DNA of 64,000 nt, from IMG/VR virus record IMGVR_UViG_3300032233_003207, positions 16,683 through 80,682 of that record. One strand, 5' to 3'. The DNA comes from a virus (lineage: Duplodnaviria > Caudoviricetes). Of this stretch, positions 1 through 9,300 are shown in pieces (the first letter of the stretch is position 1; the number at the start of each line of letters is the position of its first letter). The notes beneath the pieces were generated by a model that saw only the letters and a list, made by a program, of their open reading frames with translations, did not search any database and was not told where the DNA came from. The translations under genes and the position numbers were made by a program.

Positions 1-1020
1 GCTTGGAATCTTTGCCCAAACTTCTTTATTAGCGGCAATAATAATACCTACATACTTTGATTGTTTCAAATCAAAGCCGCCAGCCAAAAGATTTCCATTA
101 AGATTATTTACTACAGCTTCAGCTATTGCAGTATCTTCAGCAAAATTATCTACAGTTAATTCGCCATATACTGTTAAACCTTCACCATCAGTGAAGAGCT
201 TTCCAAATTCCATTGGGTCTAAGCCTTTTACTGAAGAAGGCATTGATGAAAGTGTGTTGAATACATCGATTGGATCTACAATTGCCTTATTAGCAACATT
301 GTAGAATTCAACTTGACTTACATCTTGATAAATAGATTCAATCTTAGCGTTATCAACAACAATTAAGTTATTTACTCTTCTAGTTTGAGTAAGCTTCGCT
401 AACTTAGATAGTGTTTCCAATGCATTAGCCTTTGTCTGTGCATCTTCTGTATCCATTGGAAGCACAGTAATAACTACTAGAGGCTTTCCTGTATCTGCTA
501 GCAAGTCTACTAAAGTTTCACATGAACCTGCACCTGAACCGCCACCTAAGCTTAAACATAGTAAGTGTACTTGCGCTGAAGCCAACTTATCATTTACTAA
601 TTGTAGAATTTCGCCTTTATGAGACTCTGCTGCAGCTTTACCAATTTCTATTTCTTTAGCTGCACCTCCAAGACCGTATTCTAAAAGAAGTTTATTTGAA
701 TCTGGAACATCAATAAATTTTAAATCTTGTAATGCTGTATTAACTACACATGTAGGATAACCTAATTTAAAAAAAGCTTCTGCTATTCTTGAGCCCGCTT
801 GTCCTGATCCTAAAACACCTAGTGCTAGGCTTCTATCTTTTGTTGCGACTATCTTGGCTGCCATTTTTGTCTCCTGTTGTTTTGCTTGACTTTTTGCTTT
901 TAAAGCTGCTAATTTAGACAAATCTACATCTTCAGATGTATTTGCTTCTGATTTTTCATTTGATAAATTATCTACAATTTGCTCTGCGGCATCTTCTTCT
1001 GTTACGGATGTGGCTGACAT
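1..1020 (-). CDS. Tubulin/FtsZ-family GTPase (PhuZ/TubZ-like), 3' end outside window
   Basis: Not in the ORF track because it runs off the edge. Manual translation from ATG at 1020 gives GVLGSGQAGSRIAEAF (nucleotide-binding loop 1), LSLGGGSGAGS (tubulin signature GGGxGxG, ~525-555), VITVLP and IVVDNAK, typical of the FtsZ/tubulin GTPase fold. An alternative start at ~866 (MAAKIV) would omit an acidic N-terminal extension. Confidence 0.85.
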   Translation of the reverse strand, partial: MSATSVTEEDAAEQIVDNLSNEKSEANTSEDVDLSKLAALKAKSQAKQQETKMAAKIVATKDRSLALGVLGSGQAGSRIAEAFFKLGYPTCVVNTALQDLKFIDVPDSNKLLLEYGLGGAAKEIEIGKAAAESHKGEILQLVNDKLASAQVHLLCLSLGGGSGAGSCETLVDLLADTGKPLVVITVLPMDTEDAQTKANALETLSKLAKLTQTRRVNNLIVVDNAKIESIYQDVSQVEFYNVANKAIVDPIDVFNTLSSMPSSVKGLDPMEFGKLFTDGEGLTVYGELTVDNFAEDTAIAEAVVNNLNGNLLAGGFDLKQSKYVGIIIAANKEVWAKIPS

Positions 1021-1036
1021 TTAATTATCTCCTATA

Positions 1037-1996
1037 TTATTTTAAAAACCATTGATTATTATCATACCAGTTTACTGTATCAACTATTCCATCTTTAAAT
1101 TTTGTAGTTGGTTTCCAGCCTAGTTCTTTTATTTTAGAAATATCTACTGAATATCTAAAATCATGAGATTTTCTTGGATCTTCAATAAATGAAATTAATT
1201 CATGACCTTTATTCATAACATTACAAATTTCATGAATAACTTCTATATTAGTAAATTCTTGATTTGCAGAAATATTATATATCTCATTATCTTTTCCAGA
1301 ATTTATTATTTTAAATAATGCTGAACAATTATCATATACATGAGTCCAGTCACGAATTTGCAAACCTTGACCATATATTGGTATTGGCTTATTTTCTAAT
1401 ATACATTTAATAGTTTTTGGCAATAGCTTTTCTGCATATTGTCTGGGTCCATAGTTATTTGAACTTCTTGTAATATTGTATTTTAATCCAAAAGATTCAT
1501 ATGCAGATTTTACTAATAATTCTCCAGCTGCTTTTGATGCAGAATAAGGATTACGAGGATTAAGTGGGGCATCTTCTTTCCAGGAAGGATCAGATTCACT
1601 AGTTAACTGACCATAAACTTCATCAGTTGAAATATAGATTAATTTTTCAACTTTACTTTTTATACAAGCATTAATAATTACTTGAGTTCCTAATATGTTT
1701 GATGTTACAAATGAATTGGGATCTTTTAGAGAATTATCAACAAATGATTCTGCAGCACCATGAACTACAATATCTGGCTTTTCAAATTGGAAAATTGTAT
1801 CAATTACGTGCTGATCTCTTATATCAGCAATATGAAACGTATGATTTTTATTCCAATACATTGAATTTATTGAATTCAAACTAACTCTATCCAAGCTAAT
1901 TAGTCTATATGGCTGCTTATCATAGACAGCCTTTCTTACAAAGTTGCCGAAAATAAAACCACAACTTCCTGTTACTAAAATTTTTTTCTTGTCCAT
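1037..1996 (-). CDS. rmlB: dTDP-glucose 4,6-dehydratase-like NAD-dependent epimerase/dehydratase
   Basis: LVTGSCGFI Rossmann motif (third Gly replaced by Phe), HGAAESFVD, YISTDEVYG, catalytic YSASK, SNNYGPRQ, RDWTHV and HDFRYS all match the RmlB extended SDR family. Confidence 0.8.
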   Translation of the reverse strand: MDKKKILVTGSCGFIFGNFVRKAVYDKQPYRLISLDRVSLNSINSMYWNKNHTFHIADIRDQHVIDTIFQFEKPDIVVHGAAESFVDNSLKDPNSFVTSNILGTQVIINACIKSKVEKLIYISTDEVYGQLTSESDPSWKEDAPLNPRNPYSASKAAGELLVKSAYESFGLKYNITRSSNNYGPRQYAEKLLPKTIKCILENKPIPIYGQGLQIRDWTHVYDNCSALFKIINSGKDNEIYNISANQEFTNIEVIHEICNVMNKGHELISFIEDPRKSHDFRYSVDISKIKELGWKPTTKFKDGIVDTVNWYDNNQWFLK

Positions 1997-2000
1997 AAAT

Positions 2001-2807
2001 TTAAATCAAATTATAATTTTTATTATTCAAATATGTATCGTGATCAACTATATATCGAGCGGTCCATTTATTAAAAAAATAATTAATATTATGTTGCATG
2101 AAAAGATTTTTCACTGGATTTTTTTTAAGTGTAGCACTTTCTTCATGAAAAATATTTGTGTCTCCACAATATATTATTTTTTTATTTAAAAATTTGTTTA
2201 TTTTTAAACATAAGTCTATGTCTTCAAATGCCCAATGGTATTTTTCATCCATTTTATCAGATAAAGCATAATATTCTGCTTTAGTTAATAAACAAGCTCC
2301 TGTTACTGCTTGAAAATATCTGTTTTTTGAAGAATTTAAATCATCCATTTCATTTATTCTAAAATGATGAGGAAGTTTATGTTTATTATGAAAAACTACA
2401 CCCGCATGCTGTATTTTTTTTGTATTATTAAATAGTAATTTAGCACCTACAATTCCTACATCTTCTTTTAATAAGGAAATCATTTTTTTAATTGAATTTT
2501 TATCATTAAAAATGATATCGTTATTTAATAAAAGGATTAAATCATTTGGTTTTGGATTAGCTATATTAAATATATAATTACATCCCTGAGAAAAATTTTG
2601 CAAATTATCTTTATAAGAAATAATCTCTATGTTTTTATTATTTAATGATTTCAAATAATCAATAGAGTTATCTGTGGATGCATTATCTTTAATTAGCCAA
2701 TTATAATCAATATCATTTAGAGAATTAACTAGGCTTGGAGCTAGGTGTTTTAATTTATCTTCACCATTCCAATTTAAAGTAATTATATGTAGCTTACTAT
2801 TTATCAA
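2001..2807 (-). CDS. Glycosyltransferase family 2 (GT-A fold)
   Basis: ITLNWN, DNASTD, NFSQGCN, LLLNND (DxD-like), VTGACLL and FEDIDLC motifs. TTG start overlaps the upstream TGA. Confidence 0.85.
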   Translation of the reverse strand: MINSKLHIITLNWNGEDKLKHLAPSLVNSLNDIDYNWLIKDNASTDNSIDYLKSLNNKNIEIISYKDNLQNFSQGCNYIFNIANPKPNDLILLLNNDIIFNDKNSIKKMISLLKEDVGIVGAKLLFNNTKKIQHAGVVFHNKHKLPHHFRINEMDDLNSSKNRYFQAVTGACLLTKAEYYALSDKMDEKYHWAFEDIDLCLKINKFLNKKIIYCGDTNIFHEESATLKKNPVKNLFMQHNINYFFNKWTARYIVDHDTYLNNKNYNLI

Positions 2808-3826
2808 AGACCTACCCTAACTCCAAGCATAACTGAAACATTTGCATCTGTACCAACTTGAACAGAAGGTCCTACATACATATTATTCATAAGAGGAATA
2901 TGCTTGCCTACATTATAAGCCGCAGGCGTTAAAATTAACTGCGGTTTTTTACTTATTGCATCAAATCCTGCACCAACTTCTAAAACTGAAAAATCTGGTT
3001 GATTTGAATATTTCCCGTAACTCATAATTCCTAAATTAACAGATGGTGTAAATTTACCTTCTACAGGATTTACTCCTACACCTCCATCTACACCTACAAA
3101 TAATCTAGGATTCCAAAAATTCCATTTATCTTCAGGATACTCTTCTTTAGTTGTAGCAGATTTAATAGGCAAATCATGAGGCTTACCATCTACATTAACT
3201 GTAACTTTATTGTAAAAATAACTTCTTTGATTTTCGTCTTTGCCTACAACTGTAGCAATATTATATTCTCTTGGTTTAATATCAATACTCCATGGTTTGT
3301 CTTTCCATGCACTAAATCCAACGCTACCAATTGGAACTTTAGTGGTGCCAAAGTCTTCATCAAGATCTAAATTTTGCTGTTGTGCTAAATAACCAAAAGG
3401 ATCTATGTTGGGACAAACTGTACCATCTGGACATTTAGGTTTAGGTATAGGATCCGGATTTTTAGGACCTGTATTAGAAGTTGGTATATTAGTACCTTTT
3501 TGACCTAAGCTGCCAATTATAGCGATATTAATTGCATATACGTCGCCTTTTAATTTTGACAAGTCTTCTTTAATTGCTTTTAAATTTATATTATTATCTT
3601 TAATAAATTCTTCTAAATCTTTTTTAGAGGTGAATTCATTTTGACTTCTTACAATTCCATCTAGCAGCTCTTTTTGTTTTACTATTTGTGATTCAATAGC
3701 TACTTGTCTTTTATTAGTTTCAATTTGATTAAAAATAATAAATCCTAATAATCCAAATATAGTAATTATACAAAGTATAATTCCAACTCTTAGTAAAACT
3801 ACTTTAGTAGAATCTGATAATGTCAT
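2804..3826 (-). CDS. Hypothetical membrane-anchored protein (N-terminal TM helix, coiled coil, beta-rich C-terminus)
   Basis: Hydrophobic VGIILCIITIFGLLGFIIF segment followed by a heptad-like region, a Pro-rich linker and alternating beta-strands at the C-terminus. Confidence 0.6.
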   Translation of the reverse strand: MTLSDSTKVVLLRVGIILCIITIFGLLGFIIFNQIETNKRQVAIESQIVKQKELLDGIVRSQNEFTSKKDLEEFIKDNNINLKAIKEDLSKLKGDVYAINIAIIGSLGQKGTNIPTSNTGPKNPDPIPKPKCPDGTVCPNIDPFGYLAQQQNLDLDEDFGTTKVPIGSVGFSAWKDKPWSIDIKPREYNIATVVGKDENQRSYFYNKVTVNVDGKPHDLPIKSATTKEEYPEDKWNFWNPRLFVGVDGGVGVNPVEGKFTPSVNLGIMSYGKYSNQPDFSVLEVGAGFDAISKKPQLILTPAAYNVGKHIPLMNNMYVGPSVQVGTDANVSVMLGVRVGL

Positions 3827-3871
3827 ATTTCCTCTTTTATTTCTGTTTAAATAATTTTTATTTTTTTAATG

Positions 3872-4573
3872 TCAAGACCAATTTTTAATAAAAATTTTAC
3901 GAGCATGATTGTACAAAGCATAAGTATTTAATTGTTTGCTGGTTTGTTTTCCAAAATGTACAACAGGAATATTAACAATTTGCATTTTTATATTTAATTT
4001 TCTTGCTCGAAATGATAGGTCTGTATCTTCAAAATATGCAGTGCCATATTCTTCTGAAAATATTTGTGGATATACTCTATCAGTTGTAAATTTTGTTTCT
4101 CTAGGAATTTCTAATTTATTCCAAATATCTTTAGATGCGCCTAAACACCAACCACTCATATAAGTATTTCCCAAAAGACCTCTATTAGCTTCTTTAACAA
4201 AATTCAAATCTTTATCTAAAAGACCCATAGTAGGACCTACTAAACCATTAGGGCATGACTCTATTATTGGCTTTGTCCATCCAGAATGATTAGACGATAC
4301 TCTAATATCATTATTCAAAAATAAAACATTTGAAGCTGTAGACAATCCATATCCAATATTGCTTCCTGCAGCAAATCCCATATTTTCTTGATTTCTATGA
4401 TAAACTATTTCTTTGCTATTTTGTAATTGATTTTGAGTTTCATCTATAGATGCATTGTCTACTACAATAATTTCATGATCAGATGGCAATTTAGATAAGT
4501 CTTCTAAACATGCTTTTGTAAAATTCCATTTATTATAACATAAAATAACTATTGATAATTTTTTTTCATTCAT
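3872..4573 (-). CDS. Glycosyltransferase family 2
   Basis: SIVILCYN, IIVVDNAS, NMGFAAGSN, LFLNND and YFEDTDL motifs. Confidence 0.85.
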   Translation of the reverse strand: MNEKKLSIVILCYNKWNFTKACLEDLSKLPSDHEIIVVDNASIDETQNQLQNSKEIVYHRNQENMGFAAGSNIGYGLSTASNVLFLNNDIRVSSNHSGWTKPIIESCPNGLVGPTMGLLDKDLNFVKEANRGLLGNTYMSGWCLGASKDIWNKLEIPRETKFTTDRVYPQIFSEEYGTAYFEDTDLSFRARKLNIKMQIVNIPVVHFGKQTSKQLNTYALYNHARKIFIKNWS

Positions 4574-5694
4574 TGTGTTCTCTCTAATATTTTTTTAACT
4601 ATTGATTGCCAACTATATTCATTATAATAATTTTGTCTTTTATTCTCTAATAAAGAATTAATTTCATTATGCTTTTCTTTAGCTAGTCTTAATTTTTCTA
4701 CAGCATCATCTACAGATGGCTTAAACCATATTGCATTGTTTTTGCTTTCCCAATACATACTACTAGGATCTGCTCTTTCTTCTTTTCCATCAATTAATAA
4801 AGAATTATAATCGTTTAAAAAATCTAATTGACCTCCCCAGTTAGGGGCAATTGCCATTTTACCAGAAACAATTGATTCAAGACCTGGAAAATAAAAGCCT
4901 TCACAATGAGACATTGTAAAAGTTGCATCAACGCTTCTATATAAAGAAGAAATATCTTGTATAAAATTTGACATCACTTTTATTTCTGCATGATTTGAAT
5001 ATTTTTCTTTAAACTTTTTTATTAAATCATTTAAAGACACATCAAACTGCATAGAAATTGGCTTGTCTTTTGCCTTAAGTATTAAGCACACGTCATCTTT
5101 ATTTGAAAATGCTTTACCATAAGCATCTAATAATCCCCAAATATTTTTTCTTTTGTGATTTTGTGCAATATTTGATAATATTTTAAAACTTTTTTTAGTA
5201 GGAAGATCGATTTTTGTATTTTCACAATACTCTTCGGAAATACCATGAGAAACTACATCTACAAAATTTTCAGGCACACCAGAATCAATAAAAACTTTTT
5301 TGGCAAATTGAGATGGTGCTAAAATTTTATCACAGTATTTATAGTTTTTTGAAAAACCTGTAGGTAAAACGTTTTTCCCGCCCCACTCGTAGCACCAAAT
5401 TCCAAATCTGTTTTTATTACCATTTTGCAAATATATTGGAAAATTTTTCATAGCTGTATAGCTAATTTGGCAATCATAATTTTGATCTGGCACTTTTCCA
5501 TAAAGTGTTCCGGGTTTTTGCTCTTCAGTATAGCCGATCAAATTAGACTTTAAATCATTAGGTAAATTTTCAATACCATCAGTAGAAAATAAATGAACCT
5601 CATGTCCATCTTTTATTAAAAATTTAGCTATTCCCCAACCACATACAGACCAGCTATGATTTTTACCAAGAAATTGTTTTATTAGTATTTTCAT
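4570..5694 (-). CDS. Glycosyltransferase family 4 (GT-B, group 1)
   Basis: ILAPSQF, VVSHGI, HKRKNI, LYRSVD and EGFYFPGLE (ExF...E motif). Likely start MKILIK at 5694; the track start at 5724 overlaps the HNH gene more deeply. Confidence 0.85.
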   Translation of the reverse strand: MKILIKQFLGKNHSWSVCGWGIAKFLIKDGHEVHLFSTDGIENLPNDLKSNLIGYTEEQKPGTLYGKVPDQNYDCQISYTAMKNFPIYLQNGNKNRFGIWCYEWGGKNVLPTGFSKNYKYCDKILAPSQFAKKVFIDSGVPENFVDVVSHGISEEYCENTKIDLPTKKSFKILSNIAQNHKRKNIWGLLDAYGKAFSNKDDVCLILKAKDKPISMQFDVSLNDLIKKFKEKYSNHAEIKVMSNFIQDISSLYRSVDATFTMSHCEGFYFPGLESIVSGKMAIAPNWGGQLDFLNDYNSLLIDGKEERADPSSMYWESKNNAIWFKPSVDDAVEKLRLAKEKHNEINSLLENKRQNYYNEYSWQSIVKKILERTQ

Positions 5695-6376
5695 GTCTAA
5701 TTTTTGATCCACCGTCAATTGCATTTTGCTTTGCAGAGTATGGTCTTAGATTACTCAATGACCAGCACTTTTTAAAATTTTCATCTGCCATGTCGGTATA
5801 TATCATATCTGATTGAGGAATAATATGATCAATTTGCCATTTCCAAGTTATTTGATTATTATCATCCCACTCTTCTGCCTTATAGGTCCCCCAATTTTGC
5901 CAATTCATCCATGGTTCAAATTGTTTTTCTAAATGATCTTTAAGTTGGATAATATCCCAATCAACATAATTTAAAAAAGAATTAAATTGTTTTTTTAAGC
6001 CTGAATTTTTAATAGCTGAACGTATAGATGATGAAATATTTTCTCTAATTTTAAATTGTAAATCGGTATTTCTTTTATTTTTTTTATATATATTTTTTTG
6101 ATTTATTATTTCTTTTTTATTAGCTATTCTATAAGCTTTTGCAGTTTCTTTATATTTACCTCTTCTAGATAAATTAATCTTGTCCCTATTTTTATCTCTA
6201 TAAATTTTTGCACTAATTAATATTTTTTCTTTATTATTCTCTCTATATTTTTTTCTTTTATCTTTTATACAAAAAGTACAAATATATTCTGTACGAATTT
6301 TTCCTTTAACGGATCTTTCGTTTAAAATTTTAATAAAATTATGAATTTTACATAATTTATTATTTTTTGATTGCAT
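5663..6376 (-). CDS. Free-standing HNH homing endonuclease
   Basis: N-terminal CxxH...CxxC, Lys/Arg-rich repeats (KYRENNKEKI, IYRDKNRDKI) and C-terminal WQIDHIIP...SLSNLRPYSAKQNAIDG HNH-like core. Start taken as MQSK at 6376. Confidence 0.75.
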   Translation of the reverse strand: MQSKNNKLCKIHNFIKILNERSVKGKIRTEYICTFCIKDKRKKYRENNKEKILISAKIYRDKNRDKINLSRRGKYKETAKAYRIANKKEIINQKNIYKKNKRNTDLQFKIRENISSSIRSAIKNSGLKKQFNSFLNYVDWDIIQLKDHLEKQFEPWMNWQNWGTYKAEEWDDNNQITWKWQIDHIIPQSDMIYTDMADENFKKCWSLSNLRPYSAKQNAIDGGSKIRHENTNKTISW

Positions 6377-6386
6377 CAAAATAATA

Positions 6387-9300
6387 TTAAGGGTTAACAA
6401 ATTTTAATGTTAATCTAGCCATTTTACAAATTGCATTTTCTCCGGCATCAGATGGATCTAGGCTTAAATGTATTTCATAAATATAATCATCTAAACCATT
6501 TGGCAATAAATCTTTTATGTCATCTGATGATAAAAATGTTGTAGATGTATTAGTTGTACTAAGCTCTGTGCTAGCGCTAACTAAATCAATATAAGAGGCT
6601 GTATTTACACAATAAAGCTGTACAATAGCAGTATTAGCAGCATTGGTTGTTTCTAATATTGCTTCTAATTTAATACTATCTAATCCTTGTAGTATATAAT
6701 TATCAAATCTAAATTGAGTAGCCCCTATTACAACTGGAGTTGAATTATTATTTAGGAATAATCCAGCGGACGCATAAATGTGGATAGGATTTTTGTATAA
6801 GAAACTTTGATCTAACAATCCATTAGAATCAGTTTTTATAATTTTATTTGCATCAGCCATGCCGCTTGATGAGGATATTACGCCAGGCAAATCTGATATA
6901 AATTGATAACTTAATCCGCTACCATTACTAGTTAAAACTGTTCCGAATACGCCTACACTGTTTAATCCTGTACCGCCATGAATAATAGGCAATATGCCAC
7001 TAACATCAGACTCTAATTCTACTAGAGCCGAAGGTCCTCCTGCAACTGAACCGCTAAATACGCTAATTAATTTTAGCATATTTTGAACTTTTGTAGAATC
7101 AACAAAAATAGGTTGATTGTTGAATCCGCCCTTCTTTAAGAATACATTTACTTGTATTTTTGTGCTTAAAGTTTTAAGAGTCAAATCTTGATAAAGATTA
7201 GTAAAATTAAGAGTTAAAAGACCTGTAGTATAATCTACGCTGACACCAATTTTACCATCTACAATTGCCCCTGAGTATAGTTCATTACTTAATCCATTTA
7301 TATTTGGAGAGAATGATTGTACTGATACAGAGAATCTTAATTGGTCTTTAGATAAAGCATCTGCAGTTACTAAAGAGCAGTCTGCAAACTTCATTGCAGG
7401 GAAACCTAATTTAGTTATTCCTGTTAAAAGACCATTATCAGTAGTAGATGCAATAAAATCTTCTAAAATATTAATAGTTTTTTCTGTACCAAAAAATCCA
7501 TCAGGTATTTCTAGCACGATAGTGCCTACTTCAAAATCTACTTTATAAAAGTTTCCGTCAGGTCTATGTAATTCTCCGCCATCTCCAAGAATAAGATTCT
7601 CTGGAACAAAGAAATCTATTTTTCCAGGATTGAATTCAGGTTCACCGCCATATACATTATATATAATACCTTCTTTATAACATTCTGGCTTATTAAGTAC
7701 ATTATTACTTGTAAATACAGATGGCAATAATTTTGGCTTACTGTTACTAACAATTAATGATTCGTCCCAAGTTAATTTTTTCTCTATTCCCATTTGAATA
7801 GGAAAATCATAAAAATTATGAGAGGCAAAAGTGCTATCATTAATAAAAATATCTGGTAATGGATGTATAGAGCCCGATCTTCCTGATAGTAAAGTTGAAT
7901 AGTCATCATTTCTATCAATGTATTGTTCTAGCTTTAATCTAATTACATTAAATCTAGTTCCAATTTTTGTATATTGAATAGTTGCAGGGGCTGGATAAGT
8001 GGTGGTTCCAGAAGATACATATGGTTGTCTTTGTATATAGCTATCTAATAAATATCCATCATTTAAAGTAACTGCAAAGTCTCCATCTATATCTGCTCTT
8101 AATATTTGACCTATAGTATCACCATTTAAAAATACTTTTCTAACAGTTAATACGTCTGTTATTTCATCCATGTAAATAATATCAAAGCCACCATGATTTT
8201 CTGGAGCGACACTATCTAATAAAACTAGTTTATAGGATTCTACGCCAATAATTGTACTAAATAAAATACTAGAACTTGTAAAGTTTGCTAATCTAGGATC
8301 AGAAGGATTAGTTACTAATACGCCATCTGAGCCTGAAGCTACTACAGTATTATCTGCTGGATTAACTAATTGGAAATTAATTCCGAATAAATTAGAAAAA
8401 GGTTTATTATATGCAGTATAACCATTAGTAAAAGTAGTGGTAACACTGTCCGTAGTTATTTGAGTATTTTGTGGTAGACCAAGATTTAAATTATAATCTA
8501 AATAAGTTTGTAGCAATAATAAATCTCTATCTGATACAATACCATCTCCATCTACGTCTCCTAATATCATAGAACATAGTGAAGCATCGGCTATTCTATA
8601 ATATTTTGTTGCATCATTATAATTTGGATAAATTTTTGCATTTACTAAATCTCCATTTAATAAATTAGTAACTAAACTAGTCACTGAAGTATCATATCTT
8701 CCTACATCAGTAGAATCATCAATTACTTTGATTAAAATTTCATCATTTACAATAGTGGCACTGTGTAAATTAGAAATTATTTCTGCAGAAATTGAATCTA
8801 AAAATTTTCTATTTTTATCAGAGATTGCGCCAATCAATAATGGCTCAGATGCATCAGATAAATTTGCAATATCTATACTATTTAATAGTTTAACAGATGG
8901 TACAAATTGCTTTCTAGATAAAATTGGCTGTCCAGTTCTTGAATCTGGAACTGGTGTAGTTTTTTCTGTAGAAGCAAAAACTGTAGCTCTATATACATCA
9001 TTTCCTGTAAAAGATATGTTCTCTAAACAAAAATCTACATTAGCTTGAGATGAATTATCTTTAACAATTTTCTCTAAAGCAATTCCATGACCTGTGTCAT
9101 ATGCTTGACCATCTGAAATTTTTGCTGAATCAGTATAAATTCTAAACCATAAATCTTGATCTGGCAAGTCAACCCATAAAGTTCCATTATAAATAGTAAT
9201 TCTAGAATCGGTTTGTCTATTATTTGAAGATGAAATTAAAATATCACACTTATTGGCTGATCCGCCTCTTTTAATAGTAAGTGCATAATAGTTGCCAGGC

